Shown: one piece after another, positions 40,037 to 51,589 of the stretch
Numbering within the stretch: position 1 is the first letter of the stretch
Layout of the letters: every line of letters starts with the position of its first letter
From: Macrostomum lignano
Taxonomy: Eukaryota
Assembly (NCBI GenBank): GCA_002269645.1
Contig: NIVC01002456.1
Span: 1-64,000, forward strand
Length of the DNA stretch: 64,000 nt
Reading direction: 5' to 3'
Made by a program: the position numbers and the translations under genes
Notes under the pieces: model-generated
What the model was told of the DNA's origin: nothing
The model's database searches: none
What the model saw: the letters and a program-made list of their open reading frames with translations, nothing else

Positions 40037-42785
40037 TCACTTTCGCATTCCCTCGGAGCCAAGGAAGCCGCTTTCAACGATGCGGCCAAATAGAGCATAG
40101 GTCTCCCTGTAGGCGTCCTCGGGCATGTTCTCGTACACGAGGTCCAGGACGCGGCCTTCGCGGGCGAACTCCATGACGCGAACCAGGGTCTCCTTCTGCG
40201 TCTCGGTCAGGTTCATCTTTTGGGCGTAGTCGGCGACGTTGCGCTCCTCTGCGGCGTTTTAGACGGTTGGCGATTTTTAAAACAGTCTGCGAGACTTTTG
40301 ATAAGGTCCTTTCATATCTTTAGAAATGTTTATAGGGATTTTCACAACAGTTTGGGATGCCATTTACATGTTGTAAGTTTGGGATTTTCGATTCAGTTCA
40401 AGATTTTTTTTGAGATTTAGGGGGTTTGTGAGATTTAGGGGAGTTGTGAGATTTAGGGGATTTGTGAGATTTAGGGGATTTTTTTAGAGATTTTGGGGGA
40501 CTTTTTTTCGAGATTTAGAGGAATTTTTGAGATTTAAGGGATTTGTGAAATTTAAAGAATTTGTGATATTTAAGGGATTTGTGAGATTTAAGTGATTTTT
40601 TGAGATTAGTTCGGGATTTAAGAAATTTGTACAAACTTTGTGCCAGTTTGGGATTTCGAACTCACCCGTGAGCAGCTTGGCGATCTGGTCAGGTGTTCCG
40701 TTGCCAAGGATTTTTGGGATCAGCCAGTCGTGGAATCGCATGATGAAGTGCTTCAGAATGATGCTGGCTGGGCGATCCTCTGGAAGGTTTAAGAGGAAAA
40801 ATGGTTGTCATAGCAACTAACTGCATATGAGTTTTGGGCGCTGCTGCAAATCAAAGGCGACAGCCGTCCCAGCAGTCAGCAAGAAGGCCAGCAGTCAGTC
40901 ACGCCCATTCCGCCGATCCCTGAGCACACGCTCACACAGGGTGTACAGCAGCTTTGACTTTCTCAAAGCAGAGCAAAGTTTACCGATATGTAGAGTAGAA
41001 AATTCTGACTGGAGACTGAAATTCTCAACACTTCCTCCCAGTGAGCTGTGGTATCTCGCCCTGTGAGCTGTGGCATCTCACCCTGTGAGCTGTGGCATCT
41101 CACCCTGTGAGCTGTGGCATCTCACCCTGTGAGCTGTGGCATCTCACCCTGTGAGCTGTGGCATCTCACCCTGTGAGCTGTGGCATCTCACCCTGTGAGC
41201 TGTGGCATCTCACCCTGTGAGCTGTGGCATCTCACCCTGTGAGCTGTGGCATCTCACCCTGTGAGCTGTGGCATCTCACCCTGTGAGCTGTGGCATCTCA
41301 CCCTGTGAGCTGTGGAATCTCACCCTGTGAGCTGTGGCATCTCACCCTGTGAGCTGTGGCATCTCACCCTGTGAGCTGTGGCATCTCACCCTGTGAGCTG
41401 TGGCATCTCACCCTGTGAGCTGTGGCATCTCACCCTGTGAGCTGTGGCATCTCACCCTGTGAGCTGTGGCATCTCACCCTGTGAGCTGTGGCATTTCACG
41501 CTGTGAGCTGTGGCATCTCACCCTGTGAGCTGTGGCATCTCACCCTGTGAGCTGTGGCATCTCACCCTGTGAGCTGTGGCATCTCACCCTGTGAGCTGTG
41601 GCATCTCACCCTGTGAGCTGTGGCATCTCACCCTGTGAGCTGTGGCATCTCACCCTGTGAGCTGTGGCATCTCACCCTGTGAGCTGTGGCATCTCACCCT
41701 GTGAGTTGTGGCATCAATTTCCTATAACTGGAATAGCAATGGCTGTCCCTCTGCACCTTTAACTGCAATCGATACACCTTGCCGTGGAAGGACCATAAAA
41801 AAAGCAAAAAGGAATTTGAGACGCAATACGAGGCACCTATTAGAAATAAGTTCTTATTATATAAGAAATAAGAGGAGAGATAAAGGCAGAGAGGCAGAGA
41901 GGAAGGGATAGAGGCGGAGAGCAAGAGAGAGAGACAGAGAGGACACAGAGAGGCGGAGAGGAAGGGAGAGAGGCGGAGAGGAAGGGAGAGAGGCAGAGAG
42001 GAAGGGAGAGAGGCAGAGAGGAAAGGAGAGAGGCGGAGAGGAAGGGAGAGAGGCGGAGAGGAAAGGAGAGAGGCAGAGAGGAAGGGAGAGAGGCGGAGAG
42101 GAAGGGAGAGAGGCGGAGAGGAAGGGAGAGAGGCGGAGAGGAAGGGAGAGAGGCACAGAGGAAGGGAGAGAGGCACAGAGGAAGGGAGAGAGGCGGAGAG
42201 GAAGGGAGAGAGGCGGAGAGGAAGGGTGAGAGGCGGAGCGGAAGTGAGATGTAGGAAATGTGACAAAATGAATTAATTTAGTATTGACGCCTAAAATATT
42301 GAAAATGCTTTGATTCAAATTTGGGAGACAATTTGACAGGTGCCAAGCCAATAAACGCAATTTATTTTAATTCAATTACTGGGCAGACTAGTTGGAGTGC
42401 TACAGTTCATCTTGCATTCACTGCTACCCTCTGTCCCTGCCTCTCTACCTTCTGCCCTTTTTCCCATTTGAACCTTACGAGCTACCTCGTGAAAAATGGA
42501 AAAATATCATTAGAATTGAGGAGTAGCAAATTTTGAGCTTGCCAAAAACTTGTTCTACTGAAAAATCTAGCTTATTTGAGGCATGATTTAGGCTGTATTT
42601 ATTATAGAGTTTTGCAGTTAGTCTTTCAAAGCCAAAATATTAGTTCGATTGGCAATCAGTATAATTTGTTTCTAAGTTGTTTTCGCTGCATATCGGATAT
42701 TGGCTCGTATGCAACAGACAAGCAAACAGACAGACCGACAAACAGACAGACAGACAGAAAGATCGACAGACAGACACTAAGACAC

Positions 42786-42820
<35 letters not shown>

Positions 42821-42903
42821 GGCGGGCAGACAGACACACAGACAGGCAGGCAGACAGGCAGACAGACAGACAGACAGACAGGCAGACAGGCAGACAGACA
42901 GGC

Positions 42904-42958
<55 letters not shown>

Positions 42959-43011
42959 TAGGCAGACAGACAGACAGACAGACAGACAGGCAGGCAGACA
43001 GGCAGACAGGC

Positions 43012-43054
<43 letters not shown>

Positions 43055-43115
43055 TAGGCAGACAGACAGGCAGACAGACAGACAGACAGACAGGCAGACA
43101 GGCAGACAGACAGGC

Positions 43116-43178
<63 letters not shown>

Positions 43179-43231
43179 TAGGCAGACAGACAGACAGACA
43201 GACAGACAGGCAGGCAGACAGGCAGACAGGC

Positions 43232-43274
<43 letters not shown>

Positions 43275-46200
43275 TAGGCAGACAGACAGGCAGGCAGACA
43301 GACAGACAGACAGACAGGCACTCACTGGCAATGCACAGCGCCTTGTCCTCATCGTATCCGTCGATGCAGTCCTTCCGCCCGTCGCAGATGAAGGCAAACG
43401 ACAGGCACTGGCCGCTCTTGCAAGGCCAGGGGGCGCTCTTGGGACAGTCGTTGCCCACGATGGGACCTGTTTGAGTGGTTCGGGTTGGATTAACTAACTG
43501 AAGATTCTTTAGAGTTTTATGTGCTCGTAGAGATGGTGAGATAGGGATGGAGAGACAGGGATGGGGAGACAGGGATGGGGAGACAGGGATGGAGAGACAG
43601 GGATGGGGAGACAGGGATGGGGAGACAGGGATGGAGAGACAGGGATGGGGAGACAGGGATGGGGAGACAGGGATGGGGAGACAGGGATGGGGAGACAGGG
43701 ATGGGGAGACAGGGATGGGGAGACAGGGATGGGGAGACAGGGATGGGGAGACAGGGATGGGGAGACAGGGATGGGGAGACAGGGATGGGGAGACAGGGAT
43801 GGGGAGACAGGGATGGGGAGACAGGGATGGGGAGACAGGGATGGGGAGACAACAGTACAGAAATAGCCAGTAAATATTATATGCAAGAACACGCAGGGCT
43901 TGAAGAAAAGCAGCTTAAATTCTTTATTTACAAAGTAAAGAAGCGAGTAGATTGAGTAAAAATTCAAACTAATCGCAGGCTATCATCAAATGTTGTTGAT
44001 GTCTGAAGCAAGAATTGGCTACGTGGTTTTGCATAACAGCTGTTCACTGATAGATAAAGGTTGTTATAGATAGGTATTTACAGCTAAGGAAGGGCTGCAT
44101 AACAAACACTAGGTTTCCAAGACGTGATTGACACTTAATACATAGGCACAATTTTAATCTAAGCAGAAAGCTTGTACAAATACAGATTCTTCAATTTGTA
44201 TTCAAGGTGGCTGCGTCGAGAGAATAAGTTAGCAGAAAAAGCGCTCACGCGTTGAGGCGCTGTCGCCATCGGCTGAATAGATAATAGGTAATAAAACGAG
44301 ATGAAGGTGTCAATCATGCCGCTATTAAGAGTCAGGGACAGATGACGATTATACAGTCAGGGCCGATGTACACCCTGCATGAGCGAGTGCATGAGTGCTG
44401 TGCCTGCGTGCAGTATTGGCGCGCTTGTGTGTGTGCTCAGGGGCCCGTGCTATAGAATCAGGAGTTAGGAGTTAGGAGCTAGGACTCAAGAGTACTCTTG
44501 ACAAGGAGTGATTGAATTTTGTGTGCTATAGAATCAGGAGTTAGGAGTTAGGAGCTAGGACTCAAGAGTACTCTTGACAAGGAGTGATTGAATTTTGTGT
44601 GCTATAGAATCAGGAGTTAGGAGTTAGGAGCTGGGACTCAAGAGTACTCTTGACAAGGAGTGATTGAATTTTGTGTGCTATAGAATCAGGAGTTAGGAGT
44701 TAGGAGCTGGGACTCAAGAGTACTCTTGACAAGGAGTGATTGAATTTTGTGTGCTATAGAATCAGGAGTTAGGAGTTAGGAGCTGGGACTCAAGAGTACT
44801 CTTGACAAGGAGTGATTGAATTTTGTGTGCTATAGAATCAGGAGTTAGGAGTTAGGAGCTGGGACTCAAGAGTACTCTTGACAAGGAGTGATTGAATTTT
44901 GTGTGCTATAGAATCAGGAGTTAGGAGTTAGGAGCTAGGACTCAAGAGTACTCTTGACAAGGAGTGATTGAATTTTGTGTGCTATAGAATCAGGAGTTAG
45001 GAGTTAGGAGCTGGGACTCAAGAGTACTCTTGACAAGGAGTGATTGAATTTTGTGTGCTATAGAATCAGGAGTTAGGAGTTAGGAGCTGGGACTCAAGAG
45101 TACTCTTGACAAGGAGTGATTGAATTTTGTGTGCTATAGAATCAGGAGTTAGGAGTTAGGAGCTGGGACTCAAGAGTACTCTTGACAAGGAGTGATTGAA
45201 TTTTGTGTGCTATAGAATCAGGAGTTAGGAGTTAGGAGCTGGGACTCAAGAGTACTCTTGACAAGGAGTGATTGAATTTTGTGTGCTATAGAATCAGGAG
45301 TTAGGAGTTAGGAGCTGGGACTCAAGAGTACTCTTGACAAGGAGTGATTGAATTTTGTGTGCTATAGAATCAGGAGTTAGGAGTTAGGAGCTGGGACTCA
45401 AGAGTACTCTTGACAAGGAGTGATTGAATTTTGTGTGCTATAGAATCAGGAGTTAAGAGTTAGGAGCTAGGACTCAAGAGTACTCTTGACAAGGAGTGAT
45501 TGAATTTTGTGTGCTATAGAATCAGGAGTTAGGAGCTAGGAGCTGGGACTCAAGAGTACTCTTGACAAGGAGTGATTGAATTTTGTGTGCTATAGAATCA
45601 GGAGTTAGGAGCTAGGAGCTGGGACTCAAGAGTACTCTTGACAAGGAGTGATTGAATTTTGTGTGCTATAGAATCAGGAGTTAGGAGCTAGGAGCTGGGA
45701 CTCAAGAGTACTCTTGACAAGGAGTGATTGAATTTTGTGTGCTATAGAATCAGGAGTTAGGAGCTAGGAGCTAGGAGTTCTTGCAAGGAGTGCAGCCTAG
45801 GAGTGGGGGTGTGTTCAAGGAGTGTTGCGCAATCGTTTAAGGATGATAGAGAATTGTGTGCTATATCACAATCCTAACTTTACGGTCCTTAAGAATTGAA
45901 TCTCAGGAGTGAAAATGCAAATTGCTCAAAAAATATCATTTGTGAGAGCCGTCGCTGCACGCAAAGAGGTTCTCTTTGGTGCGTTTAGTATAACCATAAC
46001 TAAGAATGCGAAGATGTGGCAAGACGTGATATTGGAATGCCGTGAAAAGTTTGGCTTTGACCCAACTCCGCAAGGAAAGGGTCTATCATTGACTCCTTCC
46101 TCATCAGAATCCGATTCGCTGTTCGAAAACATTATAATCCTAGCTTGTCTAAGATTGAAAATTGGCCCTTGAACTCTTGCTTAGGAGTCAAGAGTTAGGA

Positions 46201-48166
46201 GCGAAATTTTCTCATTCTATAGGACACACGCTCCTAGAATCACTCGTAAAAGCCAACTCCTAGCTCCTAGCTCCTAGACTTCCTCTCCTAATTCTATAGC
46301 ATGCCACGGACCTTAATGAGTTCTCCTAAATTCACCCAAGAGTCTCCTAACGTCCTTAAGGAGCCTCCTAGCTCTTGAAATTTACTCTTGATTCTATAGC
46401 ACAGAAAAGCCAGCTAGGAGCTAGGAGTTAGGACACTCTTAAGGATTTAGGAGTTAAGAGTATTCTATAGCACGGGCCCCAGGAGTAAGCGGAATGGGCA
46501 GAATTGCCTCAGCGCTGAAGAATTTCGGAACGATGTCGCCGAAGGCCTCCTGCTGATATCTTTCATAGCGAATGAGAGAGAGAGAGCTGGATGCGTTACC
46601 ACTCAGCTGTAGATAATCTGTCGTTTGAGAGGCTTATAGGCCTAATAAATGTATAGCTAAATGTACGACTATATCTAAGCCTTCAGCTGAGCATGAAACA
46701 CATCATTTTACACCTGTTGTGGAGAATGTCCATGCAAAGGAAAGATTATTTAGTAGATTCTCTGCATTCCAGTTCATCGGAGCGGCAGTCGGATAAAAAG
46801 GGATTACAAGTGCTTTTCTGTCAGATAATTATAGTAACGAAAATTAATCCAGAAATTTCCAGATGCAGATACCTGACTCACCAGGAGCGACGACGGCAGA
46901 ACCTGAAAATTTTTTTTTTTTTGCAAATTTAACTCTGTGAATTCTACTGTCGGTGTGAGGGGAATTCTACTGTCGGTGCGAGGCGAATTCTACTGTCGGT
47001 GTGAGGGGAGTTCTACTGTCGGTGTGAGGGGAGTTCTACTGTCGGTGTGAGGGGAATTCTACTGTAGATATGAGGGGAGTTCTACTGTCGATATGAGGGG
47101 AGTTCTACTGTCGGGGTGAGGGGAATTATACTGTCGGTGTGAGGGGAATTCTACTGTCAGGGTGAGGGGAATTCTACTGTCGGTGTGAGGGGAATTCTAC
47201 TGTCGGTGTGAGGGGAGTTCTACTGTCGGTGTGAGGGGAATTCTACTGTCGGTGTGAGGGGAATTCTACTGTCGGTGTGAGGGGAATTCTACTGTCGATA
47301 TGAGGGGAGTTCTACTGTCGGTGTGAGGGGAATTCTACTGTCGATATGAGGGGAGTTCTACTGTCGATATGAGGGGAGTTCTACTGTCGGTGTGAGGGGA
47401 ATTCTACTGTCGGGGTGAGGGGAGTTCTACTGTCGGGGTGAGGGGAGTTCTACTGTCGGTGTGAGGGGAATTCTACTGTCGATATGAGGGGAGTTCTACT
47501 GTCGATATGAGGGGAGTTCTACTGTCGGTGTGAGGGGAATTCTACTGTCGGGGTGAGGGGAGTTCTACTGTCGGGGTGAGGGGAATTCTACTGTCGGTGT
47601 GAGGGGAATTCTACTGTCGGTATGAGGGGAATTCTACTGTCGGTATGAGAGGTATTCTACTTTACTTTATACTGTAGATATGGGAATTCGACTGTTGTAG
47701 GTATGAGGATACTGCTCAATCGAAAACGAAAACTTCAGTGTAAACAAGCACTGTACCTCCCGCCTGCGGCATACCGTAGCAACAACCGGCGTTGCCAAGC
47801 AACAAAACAGCCGGAAGCAGAGCAAACAGCGGATGATCTGCAAATGATATTGGAAACGATATTTTCAACTGGTTTTGTTTTCAATATCCCAGTCTTTACT
47901 CACAATTCACAAACACAAAATCGGATAGCATAAACGAAGATTTATATTGAGCTGCTAGGGGACTGCAATCCAAACCGAAAATCCTTCCCTGCATTGTCAT
48001 CAACTATTCGGCAACACAGGGATTAGCTGTATTGTTTGCATTGTTAATCAGTCCGGACATATTGGGCTATCGGGTTACAAGCTGAACCAAGACTCTGAGA
48101 GGAGAGGAATTGCGCCTAAAGCATCTGAGATAACTTCGAAGATAAGAAGAAGTGGTTAATACCCAT
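40037..48166 (-). CDS. Secreted LDLa-domain protein of the prohormone-4 / IDLSRF-precursor-like family, ~192 aa
   Basis: Exons 48166-48163 (ATGG), 47837-47775, 46902-46882, 44272-44249, 43466-43326, 40779-40666, 40248-40037; all phase-1 GT-AG and in frame. Protein: [192 protein letters not shown]. It shows a signal peptide, a six-Cys LDLa (CDGxxDCxDGxDE) and a C-terminal region ending ...IVESGF, recalling prohormone-4-like proteins. The last three exons are firm; the 5' micro-exons are inferred. Confidence 0.82.
41062..41712. repeat. 22-bp minisatellite, ~29 near-identical copies
   Basis: Unit ccctgtgagctgtggcatctca. Confidence 0.98.
41880..42245. repeat. 20-bp GA-rich minisatellite
   Basis: Unit gaggaagggagagaggcgga. 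Confidence 0.95.
42715..43318. repeat. (CAGA)n microsatellite directly after a splice donor
   Basis: The run starts a few nt from the GTGAGT donor at 43325. Confidence 0.97.
43540..43850. repeat. 14-bp G-rich minisatellite
   Basis: Unit acagggatggggag, about 22 copies. Confidence 0.97.
44441..46479 (+). mobile_element. Non-autonomous PIF/Harbinger-superfamily element (2039 bp) with internal satellite and Myb/SANT-like remnant
   Basis: Perfect 18-bp TIRs GGGCCCGTGCTATAGAAT (44441-44458) and its complement (46462-46479). 3-bp TSD CAG on both sides. The ORF at 45909 ([35 protein letters not shown]) resembles Harbinger Myb/SANT DNA-binding proteins. No transposase is seen. Confidence 0.85.
44447..45775. 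repeat. 76-bp tandem array (~17 copies) inside the Harbinger-type element
   Basis: The unit starts with the TIR core gtgctatagaat (44447, 44523, ...) and contains the perfect palindrome tcaagagtactcttga. Confidence 0.97.
46945..47655. repeat. 23-bp minisatellite
   Basis: Unit ggggaattctactgtcggtgtga. Confidence 0.96.
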
Positions 48167-48289
48167 TGATCTGCTGCTGCTGATGATGTTATGCTGTTGA
48201 AATTTGATATTGGCTCCCTTTTTTGTTATTCCGTGTGTTTAACAGTTTCTTTTCTAAGAAAATATTTTTGAGCATTTAGCATCTTTTGG

Positions 48290-48690
48290 GCTAGCTGTCA
48301 CTAGCTGTCATTGTCTGTCTCTAGCTGTCATTAGCTGTCACTAGCTGTCATTGTCTGTCACTAGCTGTCATTGTCTGTCACTAGCTGTCATTGGCTGTCA
48401 CTAGCTGCGATTGGCTGTCACTAGCTGCGATTGGCTGTCACTAGCTGTCATTGGCTGTCACTAGCTGTCATTGGCTGTCTCTAGCTGTCATTGGCTGTCA
48501 CTAGCTGTCATTGGCTGTCACTAGCTGTCATTGGCTGTCTCTAGCTGTCATTGGCTGTCACTAGCTGTCATTGGCTGTCACTAGCTGTCATTGGCTGTCA
48601 CTAGCTGTCATTGGCTGTCACTAGCTGTCATTGGCTGTCACTAGCTGTCATTGGCTGTCACTAGTTGTCATTGGCTGTCTCTAGCTGGCA
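48290..48690. repeat. 20-bp minisatellite
   Basis: Unit ctagctgtcattggctgtca. Confidence 0.96.
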
Positions 48691-49149
48691 ATGTCAATTT
48701 TTTTCTTCGTTTTTTCTGAGACGATGAGAAGTTCTAAGAAAATCAATGAGGTCATGACTGTAATATAGAAGTATAATTAATTGCCAATGCTCGTAAAAAT
48801 CGATTGATGCTTTTTGTGAGTTTTAAATTTTTAATGATATTTTTATAACACGATAAACCGGTTTGTCCGCAATGTGGAACTGATAGAAAACCCCTGCTTT
48901 GCATAAAGATAGCGAGAGCGAGCTAAGCCTGACCCATGACCAAATGCATATCTGTTGTATAGTTAGTGCATTCTGTACGCTCGCTAGAGATACTATATTA
49001 CCTAGATATGTCACAGAACCATTCACTAAAAATTTATTCAGCCCGAAAACCCCGGGGTTAGGGCCACAGACAGACAGACACAGACAGATGCTGCTAGTAA
49101 TAATATTTGATTACACCTGACTCAATTGGAGCAGATGTGCAACCGACAG

Positions 49150-49400
49150 CTCAGCCGCAGCTATTGCGCGGCGCATCTGAAGGGTGCATACGGCTGTTCA
49201 GTCCAGGGACTGGGGGGGGGGGGTAGTCACACACACACCCTCAATTACCCCAGCTAATGCTGGCACCCATTTTACAGCTGGGTGAACTGAAGCAATGCAG
49301 GGTTAAGTGTCTTGCTCAAAGACACGAATCGTTCCAGTCCAGTGGGATCGGGACCCAATGCTTGAGAGCAGCAGAGGCTATAGTCTATGGTCCGGGCGGC
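49150..49400 (-). mobile_element. CORE/MIR-like SINE remnant
   Basis: The plus strand reads gctgggtgaactgaagcaatgcagggttaagtgtcttgctcaaagacac...gggatcgggaccc, resembling the antisense of CORE-SINE bodies (gaggttaagtgacttgcccaaggtcac...gggattcgaaccc). Confidence 0.6.
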
Positions 49401-49439
49401 TGGAGTGGCCCATCTTAGGGGTACAGATGACAGCTAAAA

Positions 49440-49555
49440 GGTTGTAGCCTAGTGGTCAGAGAGATCGGAATCACGACTTGAAGGTCGGGGGTCCGATTCC
49501 CGATCCCCACTGGAACAATTTGTTACCTCGAGCCAGCTGATTTATAATAAAATCT
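49440..49555 (+). mobile_element. tRNA-headed SINE remnant, 3'-truncated
   Basis: A-box-like TAGCCTAGTGG and B-box-like GGTCCGATTCC, followed by cccgatccccactgga, which is shared with the neighbouring copy. Confidence 0.55.
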
Positions 49556-50117
49556 ACTTTTATTCAGAGTCCCTCTACTACTGCAGTTGTCTATCGATAT
49601 GCCTGACCACTAGCACCATAACTCAATAACTAGCTGTACGTCACCAGAATCACCCAAAAAAACTATACGCGATCTATAGTGTAATAAGATACATAGATAA
49701 CACACAGGGAAACTGCAGAGATCCGACACAGTGACTCTCCTCTTGGTTGGCATAAATAATTCAACGCTCATATAGTGAGTGTGGGAAGTGCGCCATAGCC
49801 TGAGCTGCATGTAAAGAAATAAAAAAGCAAAAGAAAAGCCAATACGTTACGCTATGCGGTACTTCAAAGGGCATTTTCTCATTAGCAAAGTTTTCCTGCG
49901 CCATTGTGGAGCTGAAACATCTGACTATTGATTATCCTGTAACAATAAAACATTATTTTTTATTGAAATCTGAATCTGAATCTAGCTAATTCGAGAGATT
50001 GGAAAAATGTTATTGACTGAAGAAACATCAATAAAATGTATAACTTCGCAGTAAAATTGTAGTCTACTTTATTTAATTGAAGTTCGAGTTTCTGGATATC
50101 ACTCCCAAAAAGTTAGG

Positions 50118-50748
50118 GGTGCCAGTGCGTCACTCTAAGGTAGGGGTGCCTGTGCGTCACTCTAAGGTAGGGGTGCCTGTGCGTCACTCTAAGGTAGGGG
50201 TGCCTGTGCGTCACTCAAGGTAGGGGTGCCAGTGCGTCACTCTAAGGCATGGGTGCCATTGCGTCACTCTAAGGTAGGGGTGCCTGTGCGTCACTCTAAG
50301 GTAGGGGTGCCTGTGCGTCACTCTAAGGTAGGGGTGCCTGTGCGTCACTCTAAGGTAGGGGTGCCTGTGCGTCACTCTAAGGTAGGGGTGCCAGTGCGTC
50401 ACTCTAAGGTAGGGGTGCCTGTGCGTCACTCTAAGGTAGGGGTGCCTGTGCGTCACTCTAAGGTAGGGGTGCCTGTGCGTCACTCTAAGGTAGGGGTGCC
50501 TGTGCGTCACTCTAAGGTAGGGGTGCCAGTGCGTCACTCTAAGGCATGGGTGCCAGTGCGTCACTCTAAGGTAGGGGTGCCTGTGCGTCACTCTAAGGTA
50601 GGGGTGCCTGTGCGTCACTCTAAGGTAGGGGTGCCTGTGCGTCACTCTAAGGTAGGGGTGCCTGTGCGTCACTCTAAGGTAGGGGTGCCTGTGCGTCACT
50701 CTAAGGTAGGGGTGCCAGTGCGTCACTCTAAGGTAGGGGTGCAGTGCG
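50118..50748. repeat. 27-bp minisatellite
   Basis: Unit gcgtcactctaaggtaggggtgcctgt. Confidence 0.97.
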
Positions 50749-51589
50749 TCACTTTATGGTTGGGGTACCAGTGCATCCAGTCAAATTAAATCCTGCAATC
50801 AAAGACAATACTTACACTTCATTTGCGCGCCAAGAATATTATCAGATTAATCGAGATCAACAAGAATTTCACTAGCAAAGCTGGTCGAGAGAGGACTCTA
50901 GCAATGATTTATAGCTTTCGTAACAGCGACAGAACCGGCACTGCGACTGGACTCAAACCGCTTCCTATTTTAATACCCCACCGAGTCGGCTTTTCCTCAT
51001 CATCATTTTCTTCCCTACTAATACTACAATAATCTCCAATGGCAACAACTGCAGCCAGCCAATCAGAGAGCGCTCAAAGGTTGGCGACAGAGTGGTGTAT
51101 GGGATGAGATCTGAGGCGCCTACTCAGCCGCAAGCATATACAATATACAACACAATACAATTCAGAGATGCCGGTTTTTTACATTTCCAGCAATAATTAA
51201 TAATTCATAAAGCTATACAGATGAGTATTAGACTTAGACCATAATCTGCGCCGATGATAGGGTGGGGCGCTATAAAAAGATAAAAGATGAGAGAGAATTA
51301 GAAATTTAGCACGAACCCCCGGAACCCCGGGGCGAAGAACAATATCATAGCGGAGTGGATCCCTGAATGCCCACCTGTATAATTATCTACTCCAAGCAAG
51401 TATAGCGAAGCTAGTGGCTGGCTGCAATATGCAACTGGCTCATCGTTTCTTTTTGGATTGCCGACTATATTCGTTCCAACTCTGTTGCCATCAAGTTTCT
51501 GTGCAGGCGAAAGGTTTCTCCTTTTTTTAAACAAAAATGCCATTTTGACGGAACTTTTCAAAAGACCATTTTTTCGAGCAACGGGCCTA

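Noticed and set aside
44447-45775. CRISPR-like appearance of palindrome-containing repeats
   Set aside because: Units are contiguous with no unique spacers, there are no cas genes, and the context is eukaryotic.
48172-48205. Hammerhead-like CTGATGA...GAAA
   Set aside because: The intervening bases cannot form stem II and no flanking stems are seen. A similar CTGATGAG at ~56845 lacks GAAA.
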